A stretch of 64,000 bases of DNA, from positions 101,879 through 165,878 of the forward strand of contig OZ246394.1 in assembly GCA_965230895.1 (NCBI GenBank), read 5' to 3'. This document shows positions 1-9,528 of the stretch, piece after piece. A model generated the notes under the pieces. The model had not been told where the DNA came from, did not search any database, and worked only from the letters and a program-made list of their open reading frames with translations. The position numbers were made by a program, and so were the translations under genes. The first letter of the stretch is position 1, and every line of letters starts with the position of its first letter. The stretch is from an uncultured Gammaproteobacteria bacterium. Lineage in GTDB: Bacteria > Patescibacteriota > Microgenomatia > Levybacterales > UBA12049.

Positions 1-2
1 AG

Positions 3-320
3 TTGCTTGAAGAACGGGTATCATCAATTGAATCTATGTTTAGCGCATTTGGTGTGACATATGATGTCCATAAGCTTGTCAAAGATTTTGCAATTGCACA
101 TGGTATGCTTTCATATTCGGGTAAAAATGGGAAACAGCTTGCAACATATGCTGCAGAGCAGGCAAGACTGCAGGCGGATGATACAGACCAACGCATACGT
201 GCATTATATGCAATGCAGGAAATGCGAAAATCTCAAGAAGAAATGTATATAGATAGGGGCATTAATGAAATTGAACTGTATGTTAATAGAAAAGGAGAAG
301 ATTTAATACTTGCAAGTTAG
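3..320 (+). CDS. hypothetical protein, 5'-truncated at window edge (C-terminal 105 aa)
   Basis: Open frame running in from the window start and ending TAG at 318-320. Composition is protein-like, but I recognise no motif. Confidence 0.3.
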   Translation: MLEERVSSIESMFSAFGVTYDVHKLVKDFAIAHGMLSYSGKNGKQLATYAAEQARLQADDTDQRIRALYAMQEMRKSQEEMYIDRGINEIELYVNRKGEDLILAS

Positions 321-344
321 TTGCACTTGTGATAATATTGCATT

Positions 345-788
345 ATGGTTCACATACGAGCAGACCACGATTGTAAAGATGAATTAAACGAAGTAGAACT
401 TCGGGCAACTCCTGCGAGGATTGCTTTAATGCAGCTTCTTGAAACTACGGAAAAACCAGTAGATGTTCAGACAATGATTGATTTTCTTGAAAAGAAGGGG
501 ATTAAAACAGATCCTGCTACAGTATTTCGAATTGTTAATATGTTTACTGAAAAAGGACTCACGAAGCAAATTCAATTGCTCGAAGGAAAAGCTCGATACG
601 AATTAGCTGCTTCTTCTGATCACCATCATTTAGTCTGTTCTAAATGCGGAGACATTCAAGATATTTCTGATTGTAATATTGCTCTTTTGGAAAAAGATAT
701 TCAGACAAAAAAGAAATTTCGAGTAACAAGTCATTCTCTGGAGTTTTTTGGAATTTGCAATGACTGCCAGGAAAGAGGGTTGAAATGA
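345..788 (+). CDS. zur: Fur-family metalloregulator, probably zinc uptake regulator Zur
   Basis: Size (147 aa) and the HHHLVCSKCG...CNDCQ pattern match the Fur-family metal site with paired CxxC. It sits immediately upstream of a znuACB-type operon, overlapping it by 4 bp (ATGA). Confidence 0.7.
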   Translation: MVHIRADHDCKDELNEVELRATPARIALMQLLETTEKPVDVQTMIDFLEKKGIKTDPATVFRIVNMFTEKGLTKQIQLLEGKARYELAASSDHHHLVCSKCGDIQDISDCNIALLEKDIQTKKKFRVTSHSLEFFGICNDCQERGLK

Positions 789-1747
789 AAACTATTCTTC
801 GAGTGGTTCTTCTTATATCAATTATTATATTTGCATGTGTAGGGGTATACGCATTTACTCAAAATTCTTCATTGCAAAAAGACAATAAATTACAGGTAGC
901 TGCATCTTTTTATCCTATGTATTATTTTGCTTCTGAAATAGGTGGAGATCGTGCAACAGTCCGAAATATTACACCTTCAGGTGCTGAACCTCATGATTTC
1001 GAACCTACTGCAAAAGATATAGCTTCTATTGAAGCGAGTAAATTATTAGTTATCAATGGTGCGAACGTAGAAGCTTGGTATCCGAAAATTGAAAATGAAT
1101 TAAAACAGAATAGTGTTCAAATAGTTGTAGCATCAGAAGGGTTAACCACATTAGAGGGTACTGATGAACACGAGCATGAAGGGGAGGAACATAGTGCAGG
1201 TGAGCCAGAGGAGCATATCCAAGATCCGCATGTTTGGCTAAATCCTGTACTTGCTCAAAAAGAGGTTGAGAAAATTCGTGACGGATTTATCGCAGCTGAT
1301 CCTTCAGGAGAAGCTTATTATAACGCGAATACGCAATCATTGCTAGAAAGATTGCAATCTTTAGATAAAAAATATCGTGAAGGACTTGCAAGCTGTGAAC
1401 GTGAAGACATTGTTACTTCGCATACTGCTTTTGCCTACCTTGCAAAAGAGTATGGTTTGCATCAAGTTGCAATTTCAGGACTTTCGACGAGTGCTGAGCC
1501 TTCAACACAAGAATTAGCTGAAGTTGCGCAATTTGCAAGAGAACATCAAGTAAAGTATATCTTTTTTGAAAGTCTTATAAGTCCTAAATTATCCGAGACC
1601 ATTGCAACTGAGATAGGAGCAGAAACTTTGGTACTTGACCCAATTGAAGGAATACCAGATGATGAAATGGCGCAAGGCAAAAATTACTTTACAGTAATGG
1701 AAGATAATTTGACAAACTTGCAAACAGCTTTGGCATGCAGCAACTAA
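785..1747 (+). CDS. znuA: zinc ABC transporter substrate-binding lipoprotein/periplasmic protein ZnuA (cluster A-I SBP)
   Basis: N-terminal signal/TM segment. A His/Glu/Asp-rich flexible loop (DEHEHEGEEHSAGEPEEHIQDPH) is typical of Zn-specific ZnuA/AdcA SBPs. Operon context with ABC ATPase and permease genes. Confidence 0.8.
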   Translation: MKTILRVVLLISIIIFACVGVYAFTQNSSLQKDNKLQVAASFYPMYYFASEIGGDRATVRNITPSGAEPHDFEPTAKDIASIEASKLLVINGANVEAWYPKIENELKQNSVQIVVASEGLTTLEGTDEHEHEGEEHSAGEPEEHIQDPHVWLNPVLAQKEVEKIRDGFIAADPSGEAYYNANTQSLLERLQSLDKKYREGLASCEREDIVTSHTAFAYLAKEYGLHQVAISGLSTSAEPSTQELAEVAQFAREHQVKYIFFESLISPKLSETIATEIGAETLVLDPIEGIPDDEMAQGKNYFTVMEDNLTNLQTALACSN

Positions 1748-2484
1748 ACCACAAAGACACAATCATTGAACTTGAGAATGTCTGTTTCACATATACAAAT
1801 GAAGAAGTTATCAAAGATGTTTCTTTGGTAATACATAAAGGAGATTATCTTGGCATTGTAGGCCCAAATGGTGGTGGAAAAACAACATTACTAAAGCTTA
1901 TGTTAGGTCTTTTACGACCATATGATGGCCGAATTTCTCTCTTTAGTACTGAAATTTCAGTCTTTAAGCAATGGCCTCGAATTGGATATGTCCCTCAAAA
2001 AACTGTGTTCGCAACGAACTTTCCAATAACTGTTGAAGAAGTTGTTGCTATGGGAAGATATGGTAAAAGGGGTCTTTTTCATTTTTCCACAAAAGAAGAT
2101 AAAATAAAAACTCACAAGGCACTGGATCAAGTTGATATGCTTGAGTATAAAGATCGTCAAATAAGTGAACTTTCCGGTGGACAACAACAGCGCGTATTTA
2201 TAGCTCGAGCGCTTGCAACTGAACCTGAGATTATTTTTCTTGACGAGCCAACAGTTGGTGTTGATGTAAAAACCCAAAAGCAGTTTTACCAGTTACTTCG
2301 TAAATTAAACAAAGAGCTTAACCTTACTTTAGTTCTTGTTTCTCACGAATTAGATGTAGTAGCGCATGAGGCAACTGAACTTGTTTATATTAATAGAACA
2401 CTTGAGTATTATGGTGATCCAAATGAATTTCTTAAAGGAGCATATTTCCATGAACTTATAGAAAAAGGAGGGCTCCACCACTAA
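1735..2484 (+). CDS. znuC: zinc ABC transporter ATP-binding protein ZnuC
   Basis: Walker A GPNGGGKTT, ABC signature LSGGQQQR, Walker B IIFLDEPT, H-loop SHEL. Confidence 0.85.
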   Translation: MQQLNHKDTIIELENVCFTYTNEEVIKDVSLVIHKGDYLGIVGPNGGGKTTLLKLMLGLLRPYDGRISLFSTEISVFKQWPRIGYVPQKTVFATNFPITVEEVVAMGRYGKRGLFHFSTKEDKIKTHKALDQVDMLEYKDRQISELSGGQQQRVFIARALATEPEIIFLDEPTVGVDVKTQKQFYQLLRKLNKELNLTLVLVSHELDVVAHEATELVYINRTLEYYGDPNEFLKGAYFHELIEKGGLHH

Positions 2485-3284
2485 TGTTAGATATTTTTCA
2501 ATATGGATTTGTTCTACGGGGTTTCCAAGCAGGAATTATTATTGCCATAATAGCACCGCTTATCGGAATGTTCCTTGTATTACGACGATATTCTTTGATT
2601 GCTGATACTTTGTCTCATGTCTCCCTTGCAGGCGTAGCAGTTGGATTACTTCTGAAAGTTAACCCGCTTATTACAGCAATTATTGCGGCGGTTTTATCGT
2701 CAGTACTTATCGAACGGTTGCGAATGAGTAAAAGAATTTATGGAGAATCAGCACTTTCGATTTTTCTTTCTGGCAGCTTAGCACTTGCTATCATTTTAAT
2801 AAGTTTGGCTGGTGGTTTTGGAGTTGATCTGTTTAGTTATTTGTTTGGAAGTATTGTTACAGTAAGGCAAAATGATGTCTATATTATAGCTGGACTTGGA
2901 ATTGCTGTTATTGGAATAATTATTGCTTTTTATAAGGAGCTTGTTTATACAACATTCGATGAAGAAGCTGCCCAAGTAAGTGGGGTGCCGACTAAGTTTA
3001 TTAATATACTACTAATTGTCCTTGCTGCATTAACTGTTTCTTTATCAATTCCCATTGTAGGGGTCTTACTTATTGCTGCGCTTATCGTCATTCCAGTTGT
3101 TACTGCATTACAGTTTAGGTTGGGATTTCTGCAAACTATAATCGTTGCTGAAGTAATTTCGATTGTTTCTGTTATCGGAGGTATAATTGCTGCGTATTAT
3201 CTCAATGTCTCAACTGGTGGAACAATAGTGCTTTTTACAGTGCTCGTATTTATAACAGCATATATGCTCCAGAGGGTTAAATAA
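2484..3284 (+). CDS. znuB: zinc/manganese ABC transporter permease ZnuB
   Basis: About 8 hydrophobic helices, ABC-3 family permease-like (266 aa). Start overlaps the znuC stop (TAATG). Confidence 0.8.
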   Translation: MLDIFQYGFVLRGFQAGIIIAIIAPLIGMFLVLRRYSLIADTLSHVSLAGVAVGLLLKVNPLITAIIAAVLSSVLIERLRMSKRIYGESALSIFLSGSLALAIILISLAGGFGVDLFSYLFGSIVTVRQNDVYIIAGLGIAVIGIIIAFYKELVYTTFDEEAAQVSGVPTKFINILLIVLAALTVSLSIPIVGVLLIAALIVIPVVTALQFRLGFLQTIIVAEVISIVSVIGGIIAAYYLNVSTGGTIVLFTVLVFITAYMLQRVK

Positions 3285-3300
3285 TTTCGAAAAAGAGGAT

Positions 3301-3801
3301 TTAATTACCACTCTCACTGCTAATATTTTCAATATCCTTTTGTACATCGTCAATTGCTGATCCACTTGCACCTGTATCAACAGAATCAATCTCATCTTGG
3401 ACACTTTGCGTAGGTGCTACTGTTGGAACCTCAGTTGGTTGTTGTTCAACAGTAGTTGTTGGAGTTACATTAGTCTGACCCATTGGGTTTTGGGTAAGAA
3501 GTAATGCTGCAGATGCTGCTAAAAGCACAACAAATACAACCGCAGCGACTATAATACCAACTTTATTGCTTTTCTTTGGTGGTGTACTTCCATCTGCTGG
3601 AGGGGTTGTTGGAGCAGCTGTTCCAGGAGCTGGATTTGGCGCAGGCGGTGGAGGAGTGCCTGGTGTTATTGGATTTGCAGGTGAAGGTGTTTGTGGCCCT
3701 GTTTGCGCTGGCGCTGGATTAGGGTTTTGTGTTGGATTTGGATTCTGATTGTTATTTTGATTCTGGTCCATATTATTGTGCTGCTGTCGGCATTGGATCA
3801 T
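3301..3801 (-). CDS. Pro/Thr/Asn-rich low-complexity membrane-anchored protein
   Basis: Single hydrophobic segment (KVGIIVAAVVFVVLLAASAALLL). The N-terminal half is an extreme P/T/N/Q low-complexity stretch. Confidence 0.45.
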   Translation of the reverse strand: MIQCRQQHNNMDQNQNNNQNPNPTQNPNPAPAQTGPQTPSPANPITPGTPPPPAPNPAPGTAAPTTPPADGSTPPKKSNKVGIIVAAVVFVVLLAASAALLLTQNPMGQTNVTPTTTVEQQPTEVPTVAPTQSVQDEIDSVDTGASGSAIDDVQKDIENISSESGN

Positions 3802-4600
3802 TTGTCGCAGTTGGTTGGGATTCGAGCTTCATCAACTCTATTGCAACTTGTTTTACTGCGTCTTTAGATATTTTAACCTTTTCATGAGTCGTTTGTAAAT
3901 CACTTTTTAATTGTCCAAAAACTTCTTTAAAGCTAGGCTTTAAATTTGCTTCATCAGTGACATTTGCGGTATATGTTTTTGCAGCTTGGACGGCGATTGC
4001 TGATTGCGCATTTGTGATTGCCGCTTTTGCGTCTGTAATTGCTTTTTCAACAGCAGCGGTATCTTTGCCCGAAGCTTTTTGTTCATTTGTCCTGTCGATT
4101 AGCTTATTCAAGATTTCTTGTAACTTTGTGATAGCTTCACTCATTTTTGTAGTCTGTGCTTGGTTTGATGCCGCAAGTTTAGTATCTATTGTTTCAGCTG
4201 ACATTTTCTTTTTTTCATCTCTGATTGCTGCAATCTTTGCTTTGAAAGCGTCTTTTTCTGCTTGCATTTGAGATTTCATAGCGTCTCGTTTTGATTGTAC
4301 TTCTTTCATAAATTCAGTTTTTTGTTGTTGTATGTCTACTTTCATCTGATTTCTCATATCTTGAACGTTCTGCTTCATATCCATACGGAATTCCATTGTT
4401 GAGGGCGTGTTTTGGCCTTGCATTGTCCTTGGTTCTCCTTGGAAAGGTCTTGTTTGTTTTTCAGGACTTCCTTCAGGCCGAGCTTCCATAGTATTCATTT
4501 GGGGATTTGGATTATAGTTTTGGATATTCTCTGCATAAACAGGAGAGGCGATAACTCCAAAAAGCGTGAGGATTGCAATAACAAGCAGGTTTCTTTGCAT
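3773..4600 (-). CDS. secreted coiled-coil/helical protein (signal peptide)
   Basis: N-terminal signal peptide (MQRNLLVIAILTLFGVIASPVYA). Lys/Glu/Gln-rich heptad-like sequence. Overlaps the start of the upstream gene by ~29 bp. Confidence 0.5.
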   Translation of the reverse strand: MQRNLLVIAILTLFGVIASPVYAENIQNYNPNPQMNTMEARPEGSPEKQTRPFQGEPRTMQGQNTPSTMEFRMDMKQNVQDMRNQMKVDIQQQKTEFMKEVQSKRDAMKSQMQAEKDAFKAKIAAIRDEKKKMSAETIDTKLAASNQAQTTKMSEAITKLQEILNKLIDRTNEQKASGKDTAAVEKAITDAKAAITNAQSAIAVQAAKTYTANVTDEANLKPSFKEVFGQLKSDLQTTHEKVKISKDAVKQVAIELMKLESQPTATNDPMPTAAQ

Positions 4601-4631
4601 GTCTTTAGAGTAACTTTATAGGTATTTTTTG

Positions 4632-4838
4632 TCAAGTGTTCAGCATAGTTTCCATTGGATTTTCTTGAACTTCCCAATCTTGGATTAGTGTGCTTTCCTC
4701 CGTATCACTTGTGTAATCAGAAGAAGCTATTTCATACGTCGGAGCGCCAGTAGATTCTTCAAGATTCGTAAACCCAGCGGTCAGTGTAAATATCAAACCA
4801 ATAATGATGGTAAAAAATATAAGGATTGATTTTTTCAT
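4632..4838 (-). CDS. small secreted/membrane protein
   Basis: 68 aa, with an N-terminal hydrophobic signal/TM segment. Confidence 0.3.
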   Translation of the reverse strand: MKKSILIFFTIIIGLIFTLTAGFTNLEESTGAPTYEIASSDYTSDTEESTLIQDWEVQENPMETMLNT

Positions 4839-4901
4839 CGAGAATTTTGAGTTTATAGCGGCTTCCTTAATTAATCCTTAATGGCGCCTCTGTTATAATA
4901 G

Positions 4902-6293
4902 ATGTCGATGGTTAAACAGCATAAGATTATCGGAACATTAGCCCCAATTTTTTCTCTTCGCAGTAATCATCAACCACTTCAAGATCATGGAACGTTTGAA
5001 ACAGGATTGTATTTTCTCGATTGGCTAAAAAAGACAAAGCAGAATGCTTGGCAAATACTTCCATTTAATGAAACCCAGCTTGAAAAAAACTCTGCTACAA
5101 AGCACGTACCATCTCCATATAAAGGATATGGTATTGGTCTAGCGCCCAAATATCTTTCTTCACATTTTGCAAAACAAAAACCAGATACACAGACAAAAAA
5201 TAAGTTTATCTCACAACATAAAAATTGGCTTGAAGACTATGCAATATTCTGTTCAATTAGAGATTTCTATGGAACTGATGATTGGCGACTTTGGGAAAAA
5301 CCATTACGTTTAAGAGAAAAAGGTGTATTAACGGAATGGGCAAAAAAACATAAAGCAGAAATTGACTATTATATAGTGCAACAATGGCAACTCCATGAAT
5401 CGTATAGACAACTTCACAATAAGGCAAAAGACTTAGAGATTTCTCTCATTGGTGATATACCATTTTACTTATCAATACAAAGTCCGTTAGTCTGGGCAAA
5501 CCAAAAAGCATTTCAAATAAATAAGAATGGTTCCTTATCGATTGTTTCAGGAATTCCCCAAACAGCAGGAACATATTTTGGGAGGCAAGTCTGGGGACAC
5601 CCTCTTTATAATTGGGAGCATAAAGATGAAGTGATGAAATTGTGGAAGCTTCGCTTGTGGTACAAATCTCTATTATTTGAAAATATCCGTATTGATCATG
5701 CCCGAGCGTTTTTCGATTATGGAGCAATCGATACGAATCATCCAGAGAATGATTCGTATCTTGATGGTCCAGGGGGAGATGTCCTCGAAGAATTAATTGC
5801 TTTTAGTCAACAAAATGCTATGTCAGTTTTTGTAGAAGACAGTGGAGATGGAACAGGTAAGTTACGAGAAAGCATGCATAAATTAGATATACCGGGAATA
5901 AAAATTTATTACTTTGCGATACATCCAAATGGTGAAGATGTAAATGCTAAATATGCTTTTATAAAAGAATACCCAGAGAATTGCGTTGCTTATACGACCA
6001 CACATGATACATTAACTCTTCTTGGGTATATGCAACTTCTTAATGAAGAAAAGAAGAGTAAGCTGGCGAAAGCTGCAGATATTGTATTTGTTTCAGATGA
6101 GCAAATGGCTGAAACATTGAGACATAAGGTTATTCATTCTCCCGCGAAGATAGTCATAATACCTATTCAAGATTGGTTACTCACAACAGATCGGATTAAT
6201 GTCCCGGGGACTGAAAAAGAGATAGGAGATACAAATTGGCGCTTTAAGTTAGCTCAGACAATTGAAGATTTACCCACAAATATTAACTCTTGA
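4902..6293 (+). CDS. malQ: 4-alpha-glucanotransferase (amylomaltase, GH77)
   Basis: GH77 hallmarks: GYGIGL near the N-terminus, LIGDIPFYLS, catalytic-region IRIDHARAF, and the general (beta/alpha)8 amylomaltase layout. 463 aa. Confidence 0.8.
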   Translation: MSMVKQHKIIGTLAPIFSLRSNHQPLQDHGTFETGLYFLDWLKKTKQNAWQILPFNETQLEKNSATKHVPSPYKGYGIGLAPKYLSSHFAKQKPDTQTKNKFISQHKNWLEDYAIFCSIRDFYGTDDWRLWEKPLRLREKGVLTEWAKKHKAEIDYYIVQQWQLHESYRQLHNKAKDLEISLIGDIPFYLSIQSPLVWANQKAFQINKNGSLSIVSGIPQTAGTYFGRQVWGHPLYNWEHKDEVMKLWKLRLWYKSLLFENIRIDHARAFFDYGAIDTNHPENDSYLDGPGGDVLEELIAFSQQNAMSVFVEDSGDGTGKLRESMHKLDIPGIKIYYFAIHPNGEDVNAKYAFIKEYPENCVAYTTTHDTLTLLGYMQLLNEEKKSKLAKAADIVFVSDEQMAETLRHKVIHSPAKIVIIPIQDWLLTTDRINVPGTEKEIGDTNWRFKLAQTIEDLPTNINS

Positions 6294-6329
6294 TACTCCT
6301 GGTACTTTTGGTACACTGGATACTCAAAT

Positions 6330-7673
6330 ATGACACAAAAAGAAGCGCTTGATATGTTAAAACTGGGGCACAATGTCTTCCTCACTGGACCTGCTGGTTC
6401 AGGCAAAACTTTTCTCCTCAATCAATACATACAATATCTAAAAGACAATAAAATTCCTGTAGGGATTACAGCATCTACTGGTATTGCATCAACACATATG
6501 GGTGGGACGACAATTCATAGTTGGTCGGGGATTGGGATACGGGATATTTTGCACGAGAAAGATATTTCTGATTTGATGAAGCGTCAGTATTTGCGCAATC
6601 GATTTAAGAAGACTCGAGTTTTGATCATTGATGAGATTTCAATGTTACATGCACATCGATTAGATTTGGTTGATGCTATTTGTCGAGTTTTCAAACAAAA
6701 CTCAATTCCGTTTGGAGGAATGCAAGTCATTATGTGTGGTGATTTCTTTCAACTACCACCAGTTGTAAAGCGTGAGAAGGGAGAGAATGCAGTACAGATT
6801 TCCGAAGAGTCTCAGTTCGTTACAAACTCAAATATATGGAACAATATGCAGCTTGAAATTTGTTATCTTGAGGAGCAACATCGGCAAGATGATAGAGCTT
6901 TCCTCAGAGTGCTTAATGACATTCGAAATAGCGAAGTGACGGAAATGACATACGAATATTTAGCAGAGCGATTGGATAAAGATACAAATGGATACGCTAA
7001 TCCGACAAGATTATTTACACATAATGCAGATGTCGATGCAATAAATAAAAAACATTTAGAAGAGCTTGATGGTGAAGAACATGAGTATATGATGAATTGG
7101 CGAGGCAGTTTTGGTTTAACTGAAGTTTTGAAAAAAAGCTGTTTGGCACCAGAGACATTAGTTCTGAAAAAAGGTGCACAAGTTATGTTTGTAAAAAATA
7201 ACTATGAAGAAGGGTATGTTAATGGAACTCTTGGAGAAGTGATTAACTTTGATAAAAATGATCTGCCGATTGTCAGAACATTTGATGGATCAGAGATAAC
7301 GGTTCGTCAATCTGATTGGGAAGTGAAAGAAGATGATCGTGAAGTCGCGGCAATTTCACAGCTACCGTTAAGACTCGCTTGGGCGATTACCGTGCACAAA
7401 AGTCAGGGGATGAGCTTGGACGCAGCGGAAATTGATCTGAGTAGATCATTTATCCCAGGTATGGGGTACGTTGCGTTGTCTCGAGTGAGAAGTCTAGCAG
7501 GGCTCAAATTGATGGGACTCAATCAAATGGCATTGCAAGTAAATCAAGCCGTTGCAGAAATGGATCGTGAGTTTTTACAAAGATCGAATGAAGGAATTCT
7601 GTACCTAGCAAAATTAGATAAAGAGAAAAAAGCACAAAAGCAAATAGATTTTCTTCAATACTTAAAAAGCTAA
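6330..7673 (+). CDS. PIF1/RecD-like ATP-dependent DNA helicase (AAA_30 + UvrD_C-like)
   Basis: Walker A LTGPAGSGKTFLL, Walker B VLIIDEISM, and the motif near the C-terminus AITVHKSQGMSLD typical of PIF1/RecD/TraA helicases. Confidence 0.75.
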   Translation: MTQKEALDMLKLGHNVFLTGPAGSGKTFLLNQYIQYLKDNKIPVGITASTGIASTHMGGTTIHSWSGIGIRDILHEKDISDLMKRQYLRNRFKKTRVLIIDEISMLHAHRLDLVDAICRVFKQNSIPFGGMQVIMCGDFFQLPPVVKREKGENAVQISEESQFVTNSNIWNNMQLEICYLEEQHRQDDRAFLRVLNDIRNSEVTEMTYEYLAERLDKDTNGYANPTRLFTHNADVDAINKKHLEELDGEEHEYMMNWRGSFGLTEVLKKSCLAPETLVLKKGAQVMFVKNNYEEGYVNGTLGEVINFDKNDLPIVRTFDGSEITVRQSDWEVKEDDREVAAISQLPLRLAWAITVHKSQGMSLDAAEIDLSRSFIPGMGYVALSRVRSLAGLKLMGLNQMALQVNQAVAEMDREFLQRSNEGILYLAKLDKEKKAQKQIDFLQYLKS

Positions 7674-7785
7674 GTATATTCTTGTCGTATATTTTTTCTT
7701 CTTATTCTTTCTCTGTTCTTACCACGTTTTAGCATTCCTTTATACAGTCGGGTTTACACTTAAATACGTAAAGGAGGTGATGTCT

Positions 7786-7977
7786 ATGACAGATGTAAAA
7801 GCTATTGGGCAAAAGATTAATGGGCAGGTCATACAGTTAAAAGGTGAAATAAACCAACAAGAAGGGAAAGGTGTCAAAGGAGGTTTGCAAAAGATTTCAG
7901 GAAAACTTGATGAAGTGATGGCAGATGCAAAAATTAAATTAGATCAAGCAAAGCAGGAGAGACAATCAAAAAAATGA
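7786..7977 (+). CDS. CsbD-like small stress-response protein
   Basis: 63 aa with a Gly/Lys-rich repeat pattern (KGEINQQEGKGVKGGLQKISGKLDE) resembling the CsbD family. Strong SD AGGAGGTG 8 nt upstream of the ATG at 7786. The ORF track began at GTG 7777; start choice is uncertain by 2-3 codons. Confidence 0.5.
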   Translation: MTDVKAIGQKINGQVIQLKGEINQQEGKGVKGGLQKISGKLDEVMADAKIKLDQAKQERQSKK

Positions 7978-8006
7978 TTATTGTTTGGTTTAAAGACAAT
8001 ATAAAA

Positions 8007-8033
8007 GGGAGCGGCAAAGCCGCTCCCTTTATT
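8007..8033. terminator. bidirectional Rho-independent terminator between convergent genes
   Basis: GGGAGCGGC-AAA-GCCGCTCCC perfect 9-bp stem, followed by TTTATT on the + strand and preceded by TTTTAT read on the - strand. Confidence 0.75.
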
Positions 8034-8053
8034 CAAGGAATTACATTGCAATA

Positions 8054-8566
8054 TTATTTATTGCAATTATCTTGATGGTTCCAATTTCCGCCTTTAGCTT
8101 CATGCATCTTTTTCATATGATCCATGTGCCAGTTCTTAAAGTCATTCTTTTCCCAATCTTCGCTTCGATTGTCCCACCAATTTTTGTTATTATCCTTTGA
8201 CCATTTGTAATAGTCATTCCAATCATAGTCCATGTTACGATCATGGTCCCATTGATATCCTTTACTATTCATCCATTCATCGTATCGACCCCAATCGTTT
8301 CCGTATTGGTTCTTGTCATGGTTGTAATAGTTTGTTGCATACCAATTTTCACTACCTTTATGGTCATTCTTGGACCAGTCATTTCTGTCCCAAGCCTTTT
8401 TATCGTCATTCCACTTCCAGTCTGACTTCTGACCATATGAGTGATCGTTGTTTTGCCATGTATTGTGGCCGTTTCCATCATAAGTCGCCATTGCTGAACC
8501 TGTAAGTGACATGCCGAGCATTGCTACTGTTGCACCTGCTGTAATTAGTGTTTTTGTTAACGTCAT
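8054..8566 (-). CDS. secreted Trp/Asn/Asp/Lys/His-rich repeat protein
   Basis: Signal peptide (MTLTKTLITAGATVAMLGMSLTGSAMA). The mature part is W-N-D-K-H-rich with recurring NDW/WDN/DHD/KNW units. Strong SD (AAGGAGGTGAAAAA) before the ATG at 8566; the longer ORF from 8602 is probably not used. Confidence 0.6.
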   Translation of the reverse strand: MTLTKTLITAGATVAMLGMSLTGSAMATYDGNGHNTWQNNDHSYGQKSDWKWNDDKKAWDRNDWSKNDHKGSENWYATNYYNHDKNQYGNDWGRYDEWMNSKGYQWDHDRNMDYDWNDYYKWSKDNNKNWWDNRSEDWEKNDFKNWHMDHMKKMHEAKGGNWNHQDNCNK

Positions 8567-8758
8567 TTTTTCACCTCCTTTCTTAAAAATAATTAATCTC
8601 ATTAAGATTAATAGGACTTGATTATCTGTATTCTATGTAAGGTTTGCTTAAACAAAGTTAATAGACTTGTAATAGAGTTTATTAGAGCTTTATTTTTCAC
8701 TAGTATTTAAGCTTTCTATGCTTTAGGCATTAATATTTGTTATAATCACTAAGCTTTT

Positions 8759-9511
8759 ATGAGTGTTACAAATACTATTCCAAAAGAATTAGAGAAACAA
8801 AAAGAACAAGCACTTTCTCTTATGAAAGATGCAGGCTTTCCAGTTACAACTGAAGTAGGTGTTTTATTAGATAAAGAGTTGCCCTTCATGGGGTATACAA
8901 CAGAACAAAATGGGAAGCCAGTTATTGTTGTTTCTGAGCAAGCGTCGACTGGTGGGATGGCAATTAATTTATTGGTGCATGAATTAAGCCATGTCTATAG
9001 AATTCAATCCGGACACCCCTCACACAATTATTCTCTCATAACAAATATTATGAATTTTGTTGCACAGGGTAGAATAGTCTATTCGTATCAGGAAGAAATT
9101 GTCGGTACTATTATTAATCATTTACAAGACATTTATGCTGATGATATTTCATTTAAAATATTTGCAAAAACTGCGCAACATCAGGATCTCAATGAATTCT
9201 TCCTTACGTGGATTCACGAGCCAAGTACTGCAAAGGATTCTGTCCAACGTTCATGGGAAAATGCGGCAGGCTTTGTAAGCGCGGCTTTTGCCATATCAAA
9301 TCTTGAACGACATAAGGTGCATGATCAAAATGGAATTGTTGCGGATGCAGTCTCACAATACCTTGGAAAAGCAGGAAAGGGAAAAGAAAATTCATTCTAT
9401 TTCTTCAAAGAATTTATGACAAGAATGCCAGAGGAAGTCACTGATAAAGAATATGAAAAGCTACTTATCCATTACCTCAATGAGTTCTTTAAACTTACCA
9501 ACGTTTTATAA
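8759..9511 (+). CDS. putative zinc metallopeptidase (HExxH motif), function unknown
   Basis: LLVHELSHVY contains HExxH in a helical context. No further family assignment possible by eye. Confidence 0.4.
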   Translation: MSVTNTIPKELEKQKEQALSLMKDAGFPVTTEVGVLLDKELPFMGYTTEQNGKPVIVVSEQASTGGMAINLLVHELSHVYRIQSGHPSHNYSLITNIMNFVAQGRIVYSYQEEIVGTIINHLQDIYADDISFKIFAKTAQHQDLNEFFLTWIHEPSTAKDSVQRSWENAAGFVSAAFAISNLERHKVHDQNGIVADAVSQYLGKAGKGKENSFYFFKEFMTRMPEEVTDKEYEKLLIHYLNEFFKLTNVL

Positions 9512-9528
9512 TTTGGTATAATAACAGT

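Noticed and set aside
786-788. Possibility that TGA is read as Gly (code 25, as in some CPR)
   Set aside because: The zur/znuA ATGA junction and multiple other genes terminate cleanly at TGA with a downstream SD-start. No long ORFs run through TGA codons.
1957-2277. 106-aa minus-strand ORF inside znuC
   Set aside because: It lies entirely within a well-supported ABC ATPase gene on the other strand. The amino-acid composition is odd, with no SD; it is a shadow ORF.
3566-4271. Plus-strand ORFs (60 and 104 aa) antisense to the Pro-rich and coiled-coil genes
   Set aside because: They are mirror-image low-complexity translations (Gly/Ala-rich, or A/F/I-rich) of the real minus-strand genes.
6330-7673. 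PIF1-like helicase as part of a defence island
   Set aside because: Its neighbours are malQ and a CsbD-like stress gene. No nuclease, methylase or ATPase partners, and no compositional anomaly, so it is treated as a housekeeping or repair helicase.
7741-7776. SigB-type promoter (GTTTAA-N14-GGGTAT) upstream of the CsbD-like gene
   Set aside because: A GTTTAC is present, but the downstream GGGWAW element is absent at the required spacing. The AGGAGG there is the SD.
8197-8505. Three overlapping ORFs (plus and minus) inside the Trp-rich gene region
   Set aside because: They are alternative frames of the W/N/D-rich gene. Only the frame with a signal peptide plus SD is credible.
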